This document shows positions 9,181 through 19,905 of a stretch of 22,125 nucleotides of DNA, piece by piece. The DNA lies in NCBI GenBank assembly GCA_046758365.1, contig JBHIAC010000040.1, positions 1-22,125 on the forward strand, read 5' to 3'. Position 1 is the stretch's first letter, and every line of letters begins with the position of its first letter. The notes beneath the pieces were generated by a model that worked only from the letters and a program-made list of their open reading frames with translations, had not been told where the DNA came from and searched no databases. A program made the translations under genes and the position numbers. The stretch comes from a bacterium. GTDB lineage: Bacteria; Zhuqueibacterota; Zhuqueibacteria; Oceanimicrobiales; Oceanimicrobiaceae.

Positions 9181-10851
9181 ATGAAGCAACCTTGGTTCAA
9201 ATTTTACGAAGATGGAGTCCCCCATACTATTGATTTTCCAGAAATAACTCTGCCTGATATTCTTGAAGAGGCGATCAAAGTTAATCCTCAAGGTCCCGCG
9301 GTTTCATATTTTGGAAGAAAGTTGACCTATGGTGAGCTGGGCCACCTGGTAAACCAACTTGCCACTGCACTTTCCAAATTTGGTGTTAAACAAGGAGACA
9401 GAGTTGCGTTAATATTACCAAATATTCCACAATACCCGATCGCACATTTTGCTGTTATGAAATTAGGTGCTATTTTGGTGCCTACAAATCCTCTTTATGT
9501 TGAAAGAGAGCTTGAGTATCAAATAAATAATAGCGGCACTGAAACTGCTATTGTGCTTGATATAATTTATCCAAGAATTGAGAAAATTAAACCAAATACT
9601 GGATTAAAAAATATTATTGTTACAGGTGTACAGCAATATTTGCCATCAATATTAAAATTTCTTTACCCCATTAAAGCCAAAAAAGATGGTACTTGGCAAA
9701 AAATTAAGCGCGCCCCTGGAATCCATCTTTTTCATGAGTTGATGAACGAAAAATTTACTTCAAAACCTCAGGAAGTAAAAATAAAACCAGATGACATTGC
9801 GATATTACTTTACACAGGTGGGACTACTGGTGTTTCAAAAGGGGCTGTGTTAACCCATCGAAATTTAATATCCAATGTTATTCAAACCCGTAATTGGTTT
9901 ACTGGCTATAGGGAATGTCACGAAGTCATACTTTGTGCTCTCCCATTTTTTCACAGTTATGGATTAACCACGTGTCTTCATATGTCCGTATTTTTGAAGT
10001 CAACCATGGTATTGGTTCCAAATCCAAGGGATATACCCATGCTTCTTAAATCTATTCAAAAAAATAAAGCCACCTCATTTTCAGGTGTTCCTACCTTATA
10101 TGTAGCTGTTAATAATTTCCCTAATGTATCGAAATTTGACCTTTCTTCGGTTAAGGCTTGCGTGAGCGGAGGCGCACCTCTTCCTCTTGAAGTAGCCAAA
10201 CAATTTGAATCCATCACTAACGGAAAATTAGTAGAAGGGTACGGCCTTTCAGAAACATCTCCGGTGACACATGTTAACCCTATTAAAGGAAAACGGAAAG
10301 AAGGTTCCATTGGTATACCACTGCCTAACACAGAGGCTAAAATCGTTGATACTGAAACCCAAAAAACACTTCCCATTGGCCAAGTTGGTGAGCTCGCAAT
10401 TAAAGGCCCCCAGGTTATGAAATGTTATTGGAACATGGAAGCCGAAACAAAGGAGGTTTTGAGAGATGGTTGGCTTTACACAGGTGACCTGGCAAAAATG
10501 GATGAAGATGGGTATTTTTATATTGTTGACAGAAAAAAGGACATGATAATTGCCGGAGGATTTAATATTTTCCCAAGAGAAGTTGAAGAAGTACTTTTTG
10601 AACATCCAAAAGTAATGGAAGCAGCTGTTGTGGGCGTACCTGATGAATATCGAGGAGAGACGGTAAAAGCTTTTATAGTTCTTAAAAAAAATGAGTCTAT
10701 ATCTGAAGAAGAAATTATTCAATTCTGTAAACAAAAACTGGCATCATTCAAAGTTCCTAAATTAATTGAATTTCGTGACTCATTACCGAAAAGTAATATT
10801 GGTAAAGTCTTGAGGAGAGTTTTAGCAGATGATGAAAAGAAAAAAACATAA
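9181..10851 (+). CDS. fadD: Long-chain-fatty-acid--CoA ligase
   Basis: YTGGTTGVSKG AMP-binding motif, EGYGLSE, GWLYTGD, DRKKDMI, LPKSNIGK. Confidence 0.9.
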   Translation: MKQPWFKFYEDGVPHTIDFPEITLPDILEEAIKVNPQGPAVSYFGRKLTYGELGHLVNQLATALSKFGVKQGDRVALILPNIPQYPIAHFAVMKLGAILVPTNPLYVERELEYQINNSGTETAIVLDIIYPRIEKIKPNTGLKNIIVTGVQQYLPSILKFLYPIKAKKDGTWQKIKRAPGIHLFHELMNEKFTSKPQEVKIKPDDIAILLYTGGTTGVSKGAVLTHRNLISNVIQTRNWFTGYRECHEVILCALPFFHSYGLTTCLHMSVFLKSTMVLVPNPRDIPMLLKSIQKNKATSFSGVPTLYVAVNNFPNVSKFDLSSVKACVSGGAPLPLEVAKQFESITNGKLVEGYGLSETSPVTHVNPIKGKRKEGSIGIPLPNTEAKIVDTETQKTLPIGQVGELAIKGPQVMKCYWNMEAETKEVLRDGWLYTGDLAKMDEDGYFYIVDRKKDMIIAGGFNIFPREVEEVLFEHPKVMEAAVVGVPDEYRGETVKAFIVLKKNESISEEEIIQFCKQKLASFKVPKLIEFRDSLPKSNIGKVLRRVLADDEKKKT

Positions 10852-10895
10852 AAAATTATCTTTATCACAATAGAATACAATTTAAAAAACAATAT

Positions 10896-11000
10896 TATGA
10901 CATAGGTGCAAAAAGGTAGGAAGCTAAAAATCTTAAATTGTAAATATTGAATTTACGATTGTAAAAGTTGAAATTATCCTGTTTTTGCACCAACATCATA
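10896..11000. repeat. Long imperfect inverted repeat (~105-nt hairpin)
   Basis: TATGA/TCATA, GGTGCAAAAA (10905-10914)/TTTTTGCACC (10982-10991), AGGA/TCCT and central AATTGTAAAT/ATTTACGATT nest into one stem-loop. Confidence 0.6.
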
Positions 11001-11161
11001 TTATCTAAAATCGATTTAAAATTTTGCCCATATTAGATTATTTTTATCATTTGGATAAATTTGATTTTATATTTTAGAAATAATTATTGTAAAAATCAAT
11101 TTATATGAGTAATTTTATTTATATATTGTAAGGAATACTATAAAGAATTAGCTAATCTACA

Positions 11162-12046
11162 ATGTCTACCACTAAGATTGAAGTCGAACGTGTACCTGGT
11201 TTTAAACATGTCGTTCGTATCCCTCTGACAAATTACGAAGATACTCAATCTATGTTGAAGATTTTACAGGATACTTTTGATACTTGTTTTAGTCATGGTG
11301 ATTCTAAAATAATTGTGGATTTAAAAAGCATTCAGTTTCCCACAACGAGCCTTATTGTACTATTAATTGAAGCAACATCTCGAGCTAGGAGATTAAATGG
11401 AGATGTAAAATTGATTAATGTATCTCGATTTGCTAAAAATAACTTAGCCACTTTTACACCCATGAGCTATCTCTCCGTACAAAGCGATGAAAAATATGTT
11501 TTGGAAGAGTTTCAGGATTCTGAGTCGTTAGTTCAAGCTCCAATAAACCCAATCGAGGATATTGCAGAAGTCCCTTTGGTGGATAAAATAGACGAATCAT
11601 TGGAGGATTTTAATAAAAAGAATGAACATGAATTAAGAAACCACTTACGTGTAAAGAGCACACCAGCGAATCTATACAATATTTGTGATTTTGTAACTGA
11701 ATTCGCTGAAAAAGCTGGAATGAATGCAAGAGAAACAGGTAAAACCAAAATCGCTGTTTATGAGGCCTGTTTAAACGTGGTAGAACACGCTTACCATTCA
11801 AATCCAGACAATTGGATAGATGTTTGGGTGGACTTTGATAAACATAAATTTAGCATTGTGGTTCAAGATTATGGTTTAGGCTTTGAATTTAAAGGCATGA
11901 AACATTATGATGCTCTAGAAGCTTTGAATGGAAGACAAACCGGTGGTTTCGGACTTTACATTATTCAACGGTCCATGGATGAAGTTGATTATCAATCTGA
12001 TCCTAACCATGGAAATCGTTTAATAATGGTGAAATATTTAAATTGA
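11162..12046 (+). CDS. STAS (anti-sigma antagonist-like) + RsbW/SpoIIAB-like HATPase kinase fusion
   Basis: N-terminal KIIVDLKSIQFPTTSLIVLLI...GDVKLINV STAS pattern; C-terminal EACLNVVEHAY (N box), DYGLGF (G1), GGFGLYII (G2), MDEVDY...GNRLIMVK. Confidence 0.82.
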   Translation: MSTTKIEVERVPGFKHVVRIPLTNYEDTQSMLKILQDTFDTCFSHGDSKIIVDLKSIQFPTTSLIVLLIEATSRARRLNGDVKLINVSRFAKNNLATFTPMSYLSVQSDEKYVLEEFQDSESLVQAPINPIEDIAEVPLVDKIDESLEDFNKKNEHELRNHLRVKSTPANLYNICDFVTEFAEKAGMNARETGKTKIAVYEACLNVVEHAYHSNPDNWIDVWVDFDKHKFSIVVQDYGLGFEFKGMKHYDALEALNGRQTGGFGLYIIQRSMDEVDYQSDPNHGNRLIMVKYLN

Positions 12047-12284
12047 AGTTAAAGCTTGTTTGAACATTTTTTTTAAAAAATCGTACTTAAAATATGTCTC
12101 AATAATTCTGATTGATTTAATAATATCCTAAAATTTTACAGACTTCCTTAGGACTCTGTGACACGTTAGTGATCCAAAAAAAATGTGGCGAATATAATTA
12201 TCTCGAGTTTAACAACTTTTTTAAGGAAATTGAATAGTAGCTAACTACATTTTCTACCAATTATTAACTCTACTGAGAGGATAT

Positions 12285-12503
12285 ATGCGGAAAAAGTATT
12301 TAACGGAGGAAATAAAAGATTACCAAAAAGATAAGAAAAAGTTAATTCCAATTTTAATTGTTTTAGGTTTGATAGGCTTAATCTTTCCAATCCTGCCGGG
12401 GTTAGCAATTTTATTTATAAGCTTTCTTATAATTTCCCCTCGACATGGTGAGGAAATTATCAAGAAAATTCGCAGATTTATTGGATTACATAATGGAATT
12501 TAA
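12285..12503 (+). CDS. Small membrane protein (PGPGW/DUF454-like)
   Basis: 72 aa, LGLIGLIFPILPGLAILFISFLII helical hairpin; RBS GAGG; 12 nt upstream of HtrA-1. Confidence 0.6.
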   Translation: MRKKYLTEEIKDYQKDKKKLIPILIVLGLIGLIFPILPGLAILFISFLIISPRHGEEIIKKIRRFIGLHNGI

Positions 12504-12515
12504 AAGGATTATACC

Positions 12516-14024
12516 ATGATACACAAAAATTTTTCATTACGCTTTGCAGTGGCATTATTAATTCTGGGTGCTCTTTTTGGATTAATTATTACCTCAAGTT
12601 TTGATTTCACCAATACCACTCAAAGTGCACAACCCTACCGACTGTCGTCTAATATTATTATAGGTTCACAGGAAAAAGTGCCTGATGCGCTCCTTAGTCT
12701 TCAAAACACCAGTGATGCCTTTATTTATATAGCTGACTTGGTTGTACCTACGGTAGTTTCCATTCAGAGTACTCGAATTGTTCGTTCGGCGGATATTGAG
12801 CGATTTCATGACGGGGATGATTTAAAAGATTTTTTTAGATTTAGATTTCCAAAAGAATTTAGACAGCAAGGTTCTGGCTCTGGGATTATTGTTTCAAAGG
12901 AGGGATATATTTTAACCAATGTACATGTGGTTAATAAAGCTAAAAAACTACGAGTAATTCTGCATGATAATCGCGAATTTGAAGCGGATATTATTGGATT
13001 AGATCCGTTAACAGAAGTGGCGGTAATCAAAATAGACGCAGATGATTTACCTGTGGTTAAATTAGGCGATTCAGATCAATGTAAAGTGGGTGAATGGGTT
13101 TTAGCAATTGGAAACCCTTTGGAACTACGCTCTACTGTCACCGCAGGTATCATTAGCGCAAAAGAACGACAAATAGATATAATACGAGATAGTTACGGTG
13201 TAGAAAGTTTTATTCAAACAGATGCGGCCATAAATCCCGGAAATAGTGGCGGTGCTTTAGTAAATCTCAAGGGTGAGGTTATCGGTGTGAATACCGCTAT
13301 TGCCACCGAAACGGGTTACTCTGCAGGATTTGGATTCGCCATTCCCATCAACCTAGCGAAAAAAATTATGAGTGATTTGATTCTTAAAGGAAAGGTTGAA
13401 AGAGGATATTTAGGCATTGCCATGCAAAATATTGATGAGAAGAAAGCTAGAGCCTTGCATTTGGAGCGGCCAAAGGGTGTTTTTATTGACAAAGTTTTAC
13501 CCGATGGACCTGCGCAAAGATCTGGAATCAGAGCTAAAGATGTGCTCTTTAAAATTAATAATGAATATGTTTATAAAAGTAATCAAGTCCAAGCAATTAT
13601 TGCAAGAAAAAATCCCGGTGAGGTTATTAACCTTACTTTATTAAGAAATGGAAAAGAAATTATGCTTAATGTAACTTTAGGAAAAAAGGAAATAATTGGC
13701 GTTGAAGTAGATCAAAAGAATAAAAATAAAGACTTCCAATATTTAGGTCTAAGCGTAGAAAATTTGACGCGTGAAGATGCTGCAGAGATTGGTTATTCAG
13801 GAAGAGCAGGGGTATTGATTACTGAAGTGGAAAGATGGAGTCCAGCGGATGAGGCTGGAATTAGAGAAGATGATCTATTAATTGAAATTGATGATAAAGC
13901 TATTATGAGTAAAATTGATTTATACGAAGTTATTTCGAACTTAAAAAAGGGCTCGGTGTCCATTTTTACCATTGTAAGGGAGCAGTCTGAATTTCATGTA
14001 TTCGTTGAAATACCAAATAAATAG
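12516..14024 (+). CDS. HtrA/DegP (Do family) serine endopeptidase with two PDZ domains, copy 1; Glu at catalytic Asp position
   Basis: N-terminal TM/signal, GSGSGIIV, TNVHVV, DPLTEVAVIKI, IQTDAAINPGNSGG, two PDZ domains. Confidence 0.92.
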   Translation: MIHKNFSLRFAVALLILGALFGLIITSSFDFTNTTQSAQPYRLSSNIIIGSQEKVPDALLSLQNTSDAFIYIADLVVPTVVSIQSTRIVRSADIERFHDGDDLKDFFRFRFPKEFRQQGSGSGIIVSKEGYILTNVHVVNKAKKLRVILHDNREFEADIIGLDPLTEVAVIKIDADDLPVVKLGDSDQCKVGEWVLAIGNPLELRSTVTAGIISAKERQIDIIRDSYGVESFIQTDAAINPGNSGGALVNLKGEVIGVNTAIATETGYSAGFGFAIPINLAKKIMSDLILKGKVERGYLGIAMQNIDEKKARALHLERPKGVFIDKVLPDGPAQRSGIRAKDVLFKINNEYVYKSNQVQAIIARKNPGEVINLTLLRNGKEIMLNVTLGKKEIIGVEVDQKNKNKDFQYLGLSVENLTREDAAEIGYSGRAGVLITEVERWSPADEAGIREDDLLIEIDDKAIMSKIDLYEVISNLKKGSVSIFTIVREQSEFHVFVEIPNK

Positions 14025-14083
14025 CTTACCAAAAGTTAATTGAAAATGTAAACTAAAAATATTTATAATTGCAAGCAAATTTT

Positions 14084-14109
14084 AGGCAGAGTTTATCTCT
14101 GCCTTTTTT
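14084..14109 (+). terminator. Rho-independent terminator after HtrA-1
   Basis: AGGCAGAG-tttat-CTCTGCCT-TTTTT. Confidence 0.85.
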
Positions 14110-14242
14110 ATTTAAATAATAGGGTGTTTATATGACACTTTGTCTTTATAAAAGAATGTATGACAGTAAGACCAAGGTATTATGTCGATTTTATATCTAT
14201 GTAAATTATTGTTTATTTAAGAAATTCTTTATAATATAAACC

Positions 14243-14257
14243 TGGCATATAATTTGC
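14243..14257 (+). promoter_or_regulatory. sigma54 -24/-12 promoter upstream of dnaJ
   Basis: TGGCATATAATTTGC: GG-N10-GC, one difference from TGGCAC-N5-TTGC. Confidence 0.7.
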
Positions 14258-14440
14258 GTAACATAAATAAACATAGGAATATTGTGTCTATTAGTCAGAT
14301 ACTTTAAATCCGACGCTGATAACGATTTTATTAAGCTGTTATGACTACATGTAATTTTAAAAATAGTTGTAATTTGAGAACCTAATTTAAGTGAGGCGAT
14401 TTGATAGCAATAATAAATACAACCCAAGTGATATAATAGT

Positions 14441-15547
14441 ATGGCTAAACGTGATTATTATGATGTTTTAGGAGTGAAAGAAGACGCTAGTAGCGAAGAA
14501 ATAAAAAAGACCTATCGAAAACTTGCAAAAGAATATCATCCAGATACCCAGCCTGGCAATAAAATGGCTGAAGAGCGCTTTAAGGAAATATCAGAGGCTT
14601 ATAGTGTTTTGAGTGATCCAAAGAAGCGGCAGCAATACGACCAGATGCGCAAATTTGGATTTACTGGAGCAAGACCAGGTGGAGGATTTGATTTTCAGGG
14701 TTTTGATATTAGTGATCTTTTTGAAGGATTCAAAAGAACAGGCGCAAGGAGAAATCGTTGGCAGAGTGAGTTCAACCTTGAAGATTTTTTTGGATTTGGA
14801 GGCCTGGGTGATATTTTTAGTCAATTTTTTGATAGAGAAGCGGGATTCGGTCAAACAGATTATGGCGCCATTAAAGGACAAGATATTCGTGTTAACCTAG
14901 AAATTCCATTTGAAACTGCTGTCATAGGCGGAAAAGCAGTTTTTACATTAAACAAAGAAGAGGCGTGTGTTAGTTGTGGAGGAACCGGATCGAAAGCAGG
15001 CAAAAAGCCAGAAGTCTGTCCAGAATGTCATGGTACGGGCATTGTTTCAATCATTCAAGGAGCTTTTGCGGTCAGTCGCCCCTGTCCAAGATGTTTAGGC
15101 AAAGGTAGAATTATAACCAAACCGTGTTATACATGTAGCGGCACTGGTCGAGTAAAAAGAAATAAAAAATATTCGATTAATATTGCTCCTGCAACCGATG
15201 ATGGTAAAAAAATGCGTTTGACTGGTCAGGGAAACCCAGGAGTGGCAGGCAGGCCCGCAGGCGATTTAATCTTAAATATCCGTATTAAAAAACATCGTTT
15301 TTTCAAACGTAAGGATCTCGATATTTATTGTGAAGTTCCTATTGATAATTTAAAAGCTAAACTAGGAACAAAAGTGAGAGTGAAAACGGTTTATGGCAAA
15401 AAAGTTGAGCTAATTATTCCTCATGACACAGAAGACGGAAAAACATTTCGATTAAGAGGAATGGGGATAAAGAGCAAAGAATGTCAGGGAGATCAATATG
15501 TAAAAATAAAAGTAGTACAACCAGAATCTCAAGTCGAATATAAATGA
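14441..15547 (+). CDS. dnaJ: Molecular chaperone DnaJ (class A)
   Basis: J domain with HPD, G/F-rich region, four CxxCxGxG repeats, C-terminal domains. Confidence 0.93.
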   Translation: MAKRDYYDVLGVKEDASSEEIKKTYRKLAKEYHPDTQPGNKMAEERFKEISEAYSVLSDPKKRQQYDQMRKFGFTGARPGGGFDFQGFDISDLFEGFKRTGARRNRWQSEFNLEDFFGFGGLGDIFSQFFDREAGFGQTDYGAIKGQDIRVNLEIPFETAVIGGKAVFTLNKEEACVSCGGTGSKAGKKPEVCPECHGTGIVSIIQGAFAVSRPCPRCLGKGRIITKPCYTCSGTGRVKRNKKYSINIAPATDDGKKMRLTGQGNPGVAGRPAGDLILNIRIKKHRFFKRKDLDIYCEVPIDNLKAKLGTKVRVKTVYGKKVELIIPHDTEDGKTFRLRGMGIKSKECQGDQYVKIKVVQPESQVEYK

Positions 15548-15651
15548 ATTATAAATATATAAATTCCTTTTGGCTTAGATTCTGGAACTTCTTTAAACTG
15601 AAATGGGTTTGATAACATTGATGATTTATTAATAATTTAAAAGGAGGAATT

Positions 15652-17175
15652 GTGATGTTGAATAAAAATAAAACAACCCTTATTGTAGCTTTTTCGATCT
15701 TTATAGGAATTTTGGTCGGATTAGTGATTGCTTCAAATTTTAATTGGACCCGTAATGGTTTAGCAGATGAAGAGGTAACCCCGGCGGCAGAATCTAATGT
15801 AGAAAATCCACAGGTGGCAATTAAATCGGATTATGAGAGTACAAGTCGAGCCTTTGTAGAGATTGTTAAAAAAGTCAACCCTACGGTAGTTTCTATAACA
15901 AGTGAAAAAGTAGTAAAAGTACGAAACCCTTTTGCCGATTTTTTCAATAACGATGATTTCTTTAGACGTTTTTTTCGCTTACCTGATGATGGAGAACAAG
16001 AATTTAGACAACGTGGATTAGGTTCTGGTGTTATTGTAGAACCGAATGGTTATATTTTAACTAATTATCATGTAATTAAAGAAGCAGATGAAATTAACGT
16101 AGTCATCGATAAAAAGGAATACGATGCAAAAGTTATAGGTCAAGATCCAGCAACAGATGTTGCAGTGATAAAAATTAACAAAAATAGTCTTCCAGTAGCT
16201 AACTTGGGAGATTCAGATAAATTGGAAGTAGGTGAGTGGGTTCTGGCTATCGGGAATCCATTTGATATTAGTCTGGAACATACAGTAACAGCGGGTATCA
16301 TTAGCGCCAAAGGACGGTCAAATTTGAATTTATCGGGTGAATTACGTTATCAAGATTTCATCCAAACAGACGCGGCTATTAATCCTGGTAACAGCGGTGG
16401 AGCTTTAATTAATCTTCGGGGCGAGTTAATCGGACTCAATACTGCTATTATACCAGGCAACACTGGAGGTAATCTGGGTATCGGATTTGCTATACCGATT
16501 AACATGGCAAAGCGAGTTATGGATGAACTCATCGCTCATGGGAAAGTAATTCGTGGTTATCTGGGAGTATATATAGGAACCCCTGATGCTGAATTGAGTG
16601 AGGCTTTAGGTTTAAAAGACAATAAAGGCGCAGTAATTGTTGAGGTACAGGAGAATACCCCCGCTGATAAAGCTGGGCTGAGAAAATATGATGTTATTAT
16701 AGAAGTTAATGGGCAAAAAATACAAGATGACCAGCATTTAACCAATCTCATAGCTTCCTATAGCCCTGGTGAAAAAGTTAACTTGAAAATTGTACGAGAT
16801 GGTAAAATAAAATATATTCCAATCACATTAGGTGAACGACCAGAGACCAGAACAGAGACACCTCGTATATCCCAAACAAGCGTTCTTGGAAGACTTGGTT
16901 TGCAGGTAACCGAGCTTACAGATGGGTTAGCGAAAAGATATGGCTATGAAGAAGAAACAGGCGTGCTGGTTTCTAAGGTTCGTTCAGGTAGTATAGCAGA
17001 AGATAAAGGAATTCGAACCGGAGATCTGATTAAAGAGGTAAATCGTAGAAAAGTTAAAACAGTGCGAGAATTTGAAATTATTGTAGACAAACTTGAAGTT
17101 GGTGAAATTGTACTTTTCCAGATCAGACGTGGTAGAAGCAATAACTTTGTGGCTATGAGAGTTCCTAAACCGTAA
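15652..17175 (+). CDS. HtrA/DegP (Do family) serine endopeptidase with two PDZ domains, copy 2; canonical triad
   Basis: GLGSGVIV, TNYHVI, DPATDVAVIKI, IQTDAAINPGNSGG, two PDZ domains; RBS AGGAGG (ATG 15655 may be the real start). Confidence 0.94.
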   Translation: MMLNKNKTTLIVAFSIFIGILVGLVIASNFNWTRNGLADEEVTPAAESNVENPQVAIKSDYESTSRAFVEIVKKVNPTVVSITSEKVVKVRNPFADFFNNDDFFRRFFRLPDDGEQEFRQRGLGSGVIVEPNGYILTNYHVIKEADEINVVIDKKEYDAKVIGQDPATDVAVIKINKNSLPVANLGDSDKLEVGEWVLAIGNPFDISLEHTVTAGIISAKGRSNLNLSGELRYQDFIQTDAAINPGNSGGALINLRGELIGLNTAIIPGNTGGNLGIGFAIPINMAKRVMDELIAHGKVIRGYLGVYIGTPDAELSEALGLKDNKGAVIVEVQENTPADKAGLRKYDVIIEVNGQKIQDDQHLTNLIASYSPGEKVNLKIVRDGKIKYIPITLGERPETRTETPRISQTSVLGRLGLQVTELTDGLAKRYGYEEETGVLVSKVRSGSIAEDKGIRTGDLIKEVNRRKVKTVREFEIIVDKLEVGEIVLFQIRRGRSNNFVAMRVPKP

Positions 17176-17235
17176 TTTGGCATAATCATAAAAATGACTG
17201 TGCAAAACATTTCGGAATAAATGAATGGAGGCAAT

Positions 17236-17490
17236 ATGCCAACTTATGAATATTTATGCGATGATTGCAAATATCAATTTGAAGAATTTCAAAGTATTAC
17301 TGCGGCCCCTCTTGAAGTGTGCCCAAAATGTGGTGGTTCCGTGCAAAGACTTATTAGTTCCGGGAATGGGCTAATATTTAAAGGATCAGGCTTTTATATT
17401 ACAGATTATAAAAAATCGAATAAAAATGGTAACACGGAGAAAAAACCTGAAAAAAAAGAGGAGAAATCCTCAGAAAAAAATCAGAAGTAA
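17236..17490 (+). CDS. FmdB family zinc-ribbon protein
   Basis: MPTYEYLCDDC...CPKCGG...IFKGSGFYITDY with Lys/Glu-rich tail; RBS GGAGG 17227-17231 favours ATG 17236 over 17221. Confidence 0.88.
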   Translation: MPTYEYLCDDCKYQFEEFQSITAAPLEVCPKCGGSVQRLISSGNGLIFKGSGFYITDYKKSNKNGNTEKKPEKKEEKSSEKNQK

Positions 17491-17518
17491 AATAGCGAAA
17501 TTTTGCATTCGCAAAATT

Positions 17519-17545
17519 AAAGGGTGTCAATCACACCCTTTTTTT
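17519..17545 (+). terminator. Rho-independent terminator after the FmdB-type gene
   Basis: AAAGGGTGT-caatc-ACACCCTTT followed by a T run; a second small hairpin AATTTTGC-attc-GCAAAATT lies just before it. Confidence 0.8.
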
Positions 17546-17686
17546 ATTTTTGGGAAATAATATGACAAGATGACAGAATAACTCATACAAAAGTAAAATG
17601 TACTTTCAGATTTGTAGTTAGTTAAAAAGCTATAAGTTATAATAAAACAATAATATATATTCTTATTATTTTAAGTACTTTATTAA

Positions 17687-17702
17687 TGGCATAGTGTTTG
17701 CA
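17687..17702 (+). promoter_or_regulatory. sigma54 -24/-12 promoter upstream of dnaK
   Basis: TGGCATAGTGTTTGCA: GG-N10-GC, about 95 nt before the dnaK ATG. Confidence 0.75.
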
Positions 17703-17783
17703 AAAAGTATCTATGTTAATTGACTGAAAATCTCTCTTTTTGATTTTTTATTTCACTAAAAACAAAATATAATTTGAGCCTAA

Positions 17784-19721
<1,938 letters not shown>

Positions 19722-19756
19722 AATATGGCTCAATTATGAAAATACTGTGAGTTGGG

Positions 19757-19789
19757 AAAGGCGAGGATGTATAATCCTCGCCTTTTTTT
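19757..19789 (+). terminator. Rho-independent terminator of dnaK
   Basis: AAAGGCGAGGAT-gtata-ATCCTCGCCTTT followed by T run. Confidence 0.88.
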
Positions 19790-19849
19790 ATAACTTTTCC
19801 TCAATTGGGCCAGTTTTTACAATAGTGATATTAAGTTAAAGAGATTTTG

Positions 19850-19884
19850 AAGATGCCACCCTTCAAAAAGGTGGCATCTTTTTT
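19850..19884 (+). terminator. Second strong hairpin (terminator or REP-like palindrome)
   Basis: AAGATGCCACC-cttcaaaaa-GGTGGCATCTT-TTTT. Confidence 0.55.
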
Positions 19885-19905
19885 ATTATTTCCTTGCTTT
19901 GACAG

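Noticed and set aside
14206..14427. 73-aa minus-strand ORF in the dnaJ leader
   Set aside because: No RBS or motif, AT-rich, and it overlaps the proposed promoter
15571..15586. Third sigma54 site TGGCTTAGATTCTGGA before HtrA-2
   Set aside because: The -12 element is GG instead of GC and there is no TATGACA box upstream
17178..17193. TGGCATAATCATAAA as a sigma54 promoter for the FmdB-type gene
   Set aside because: No GC at the -12 position
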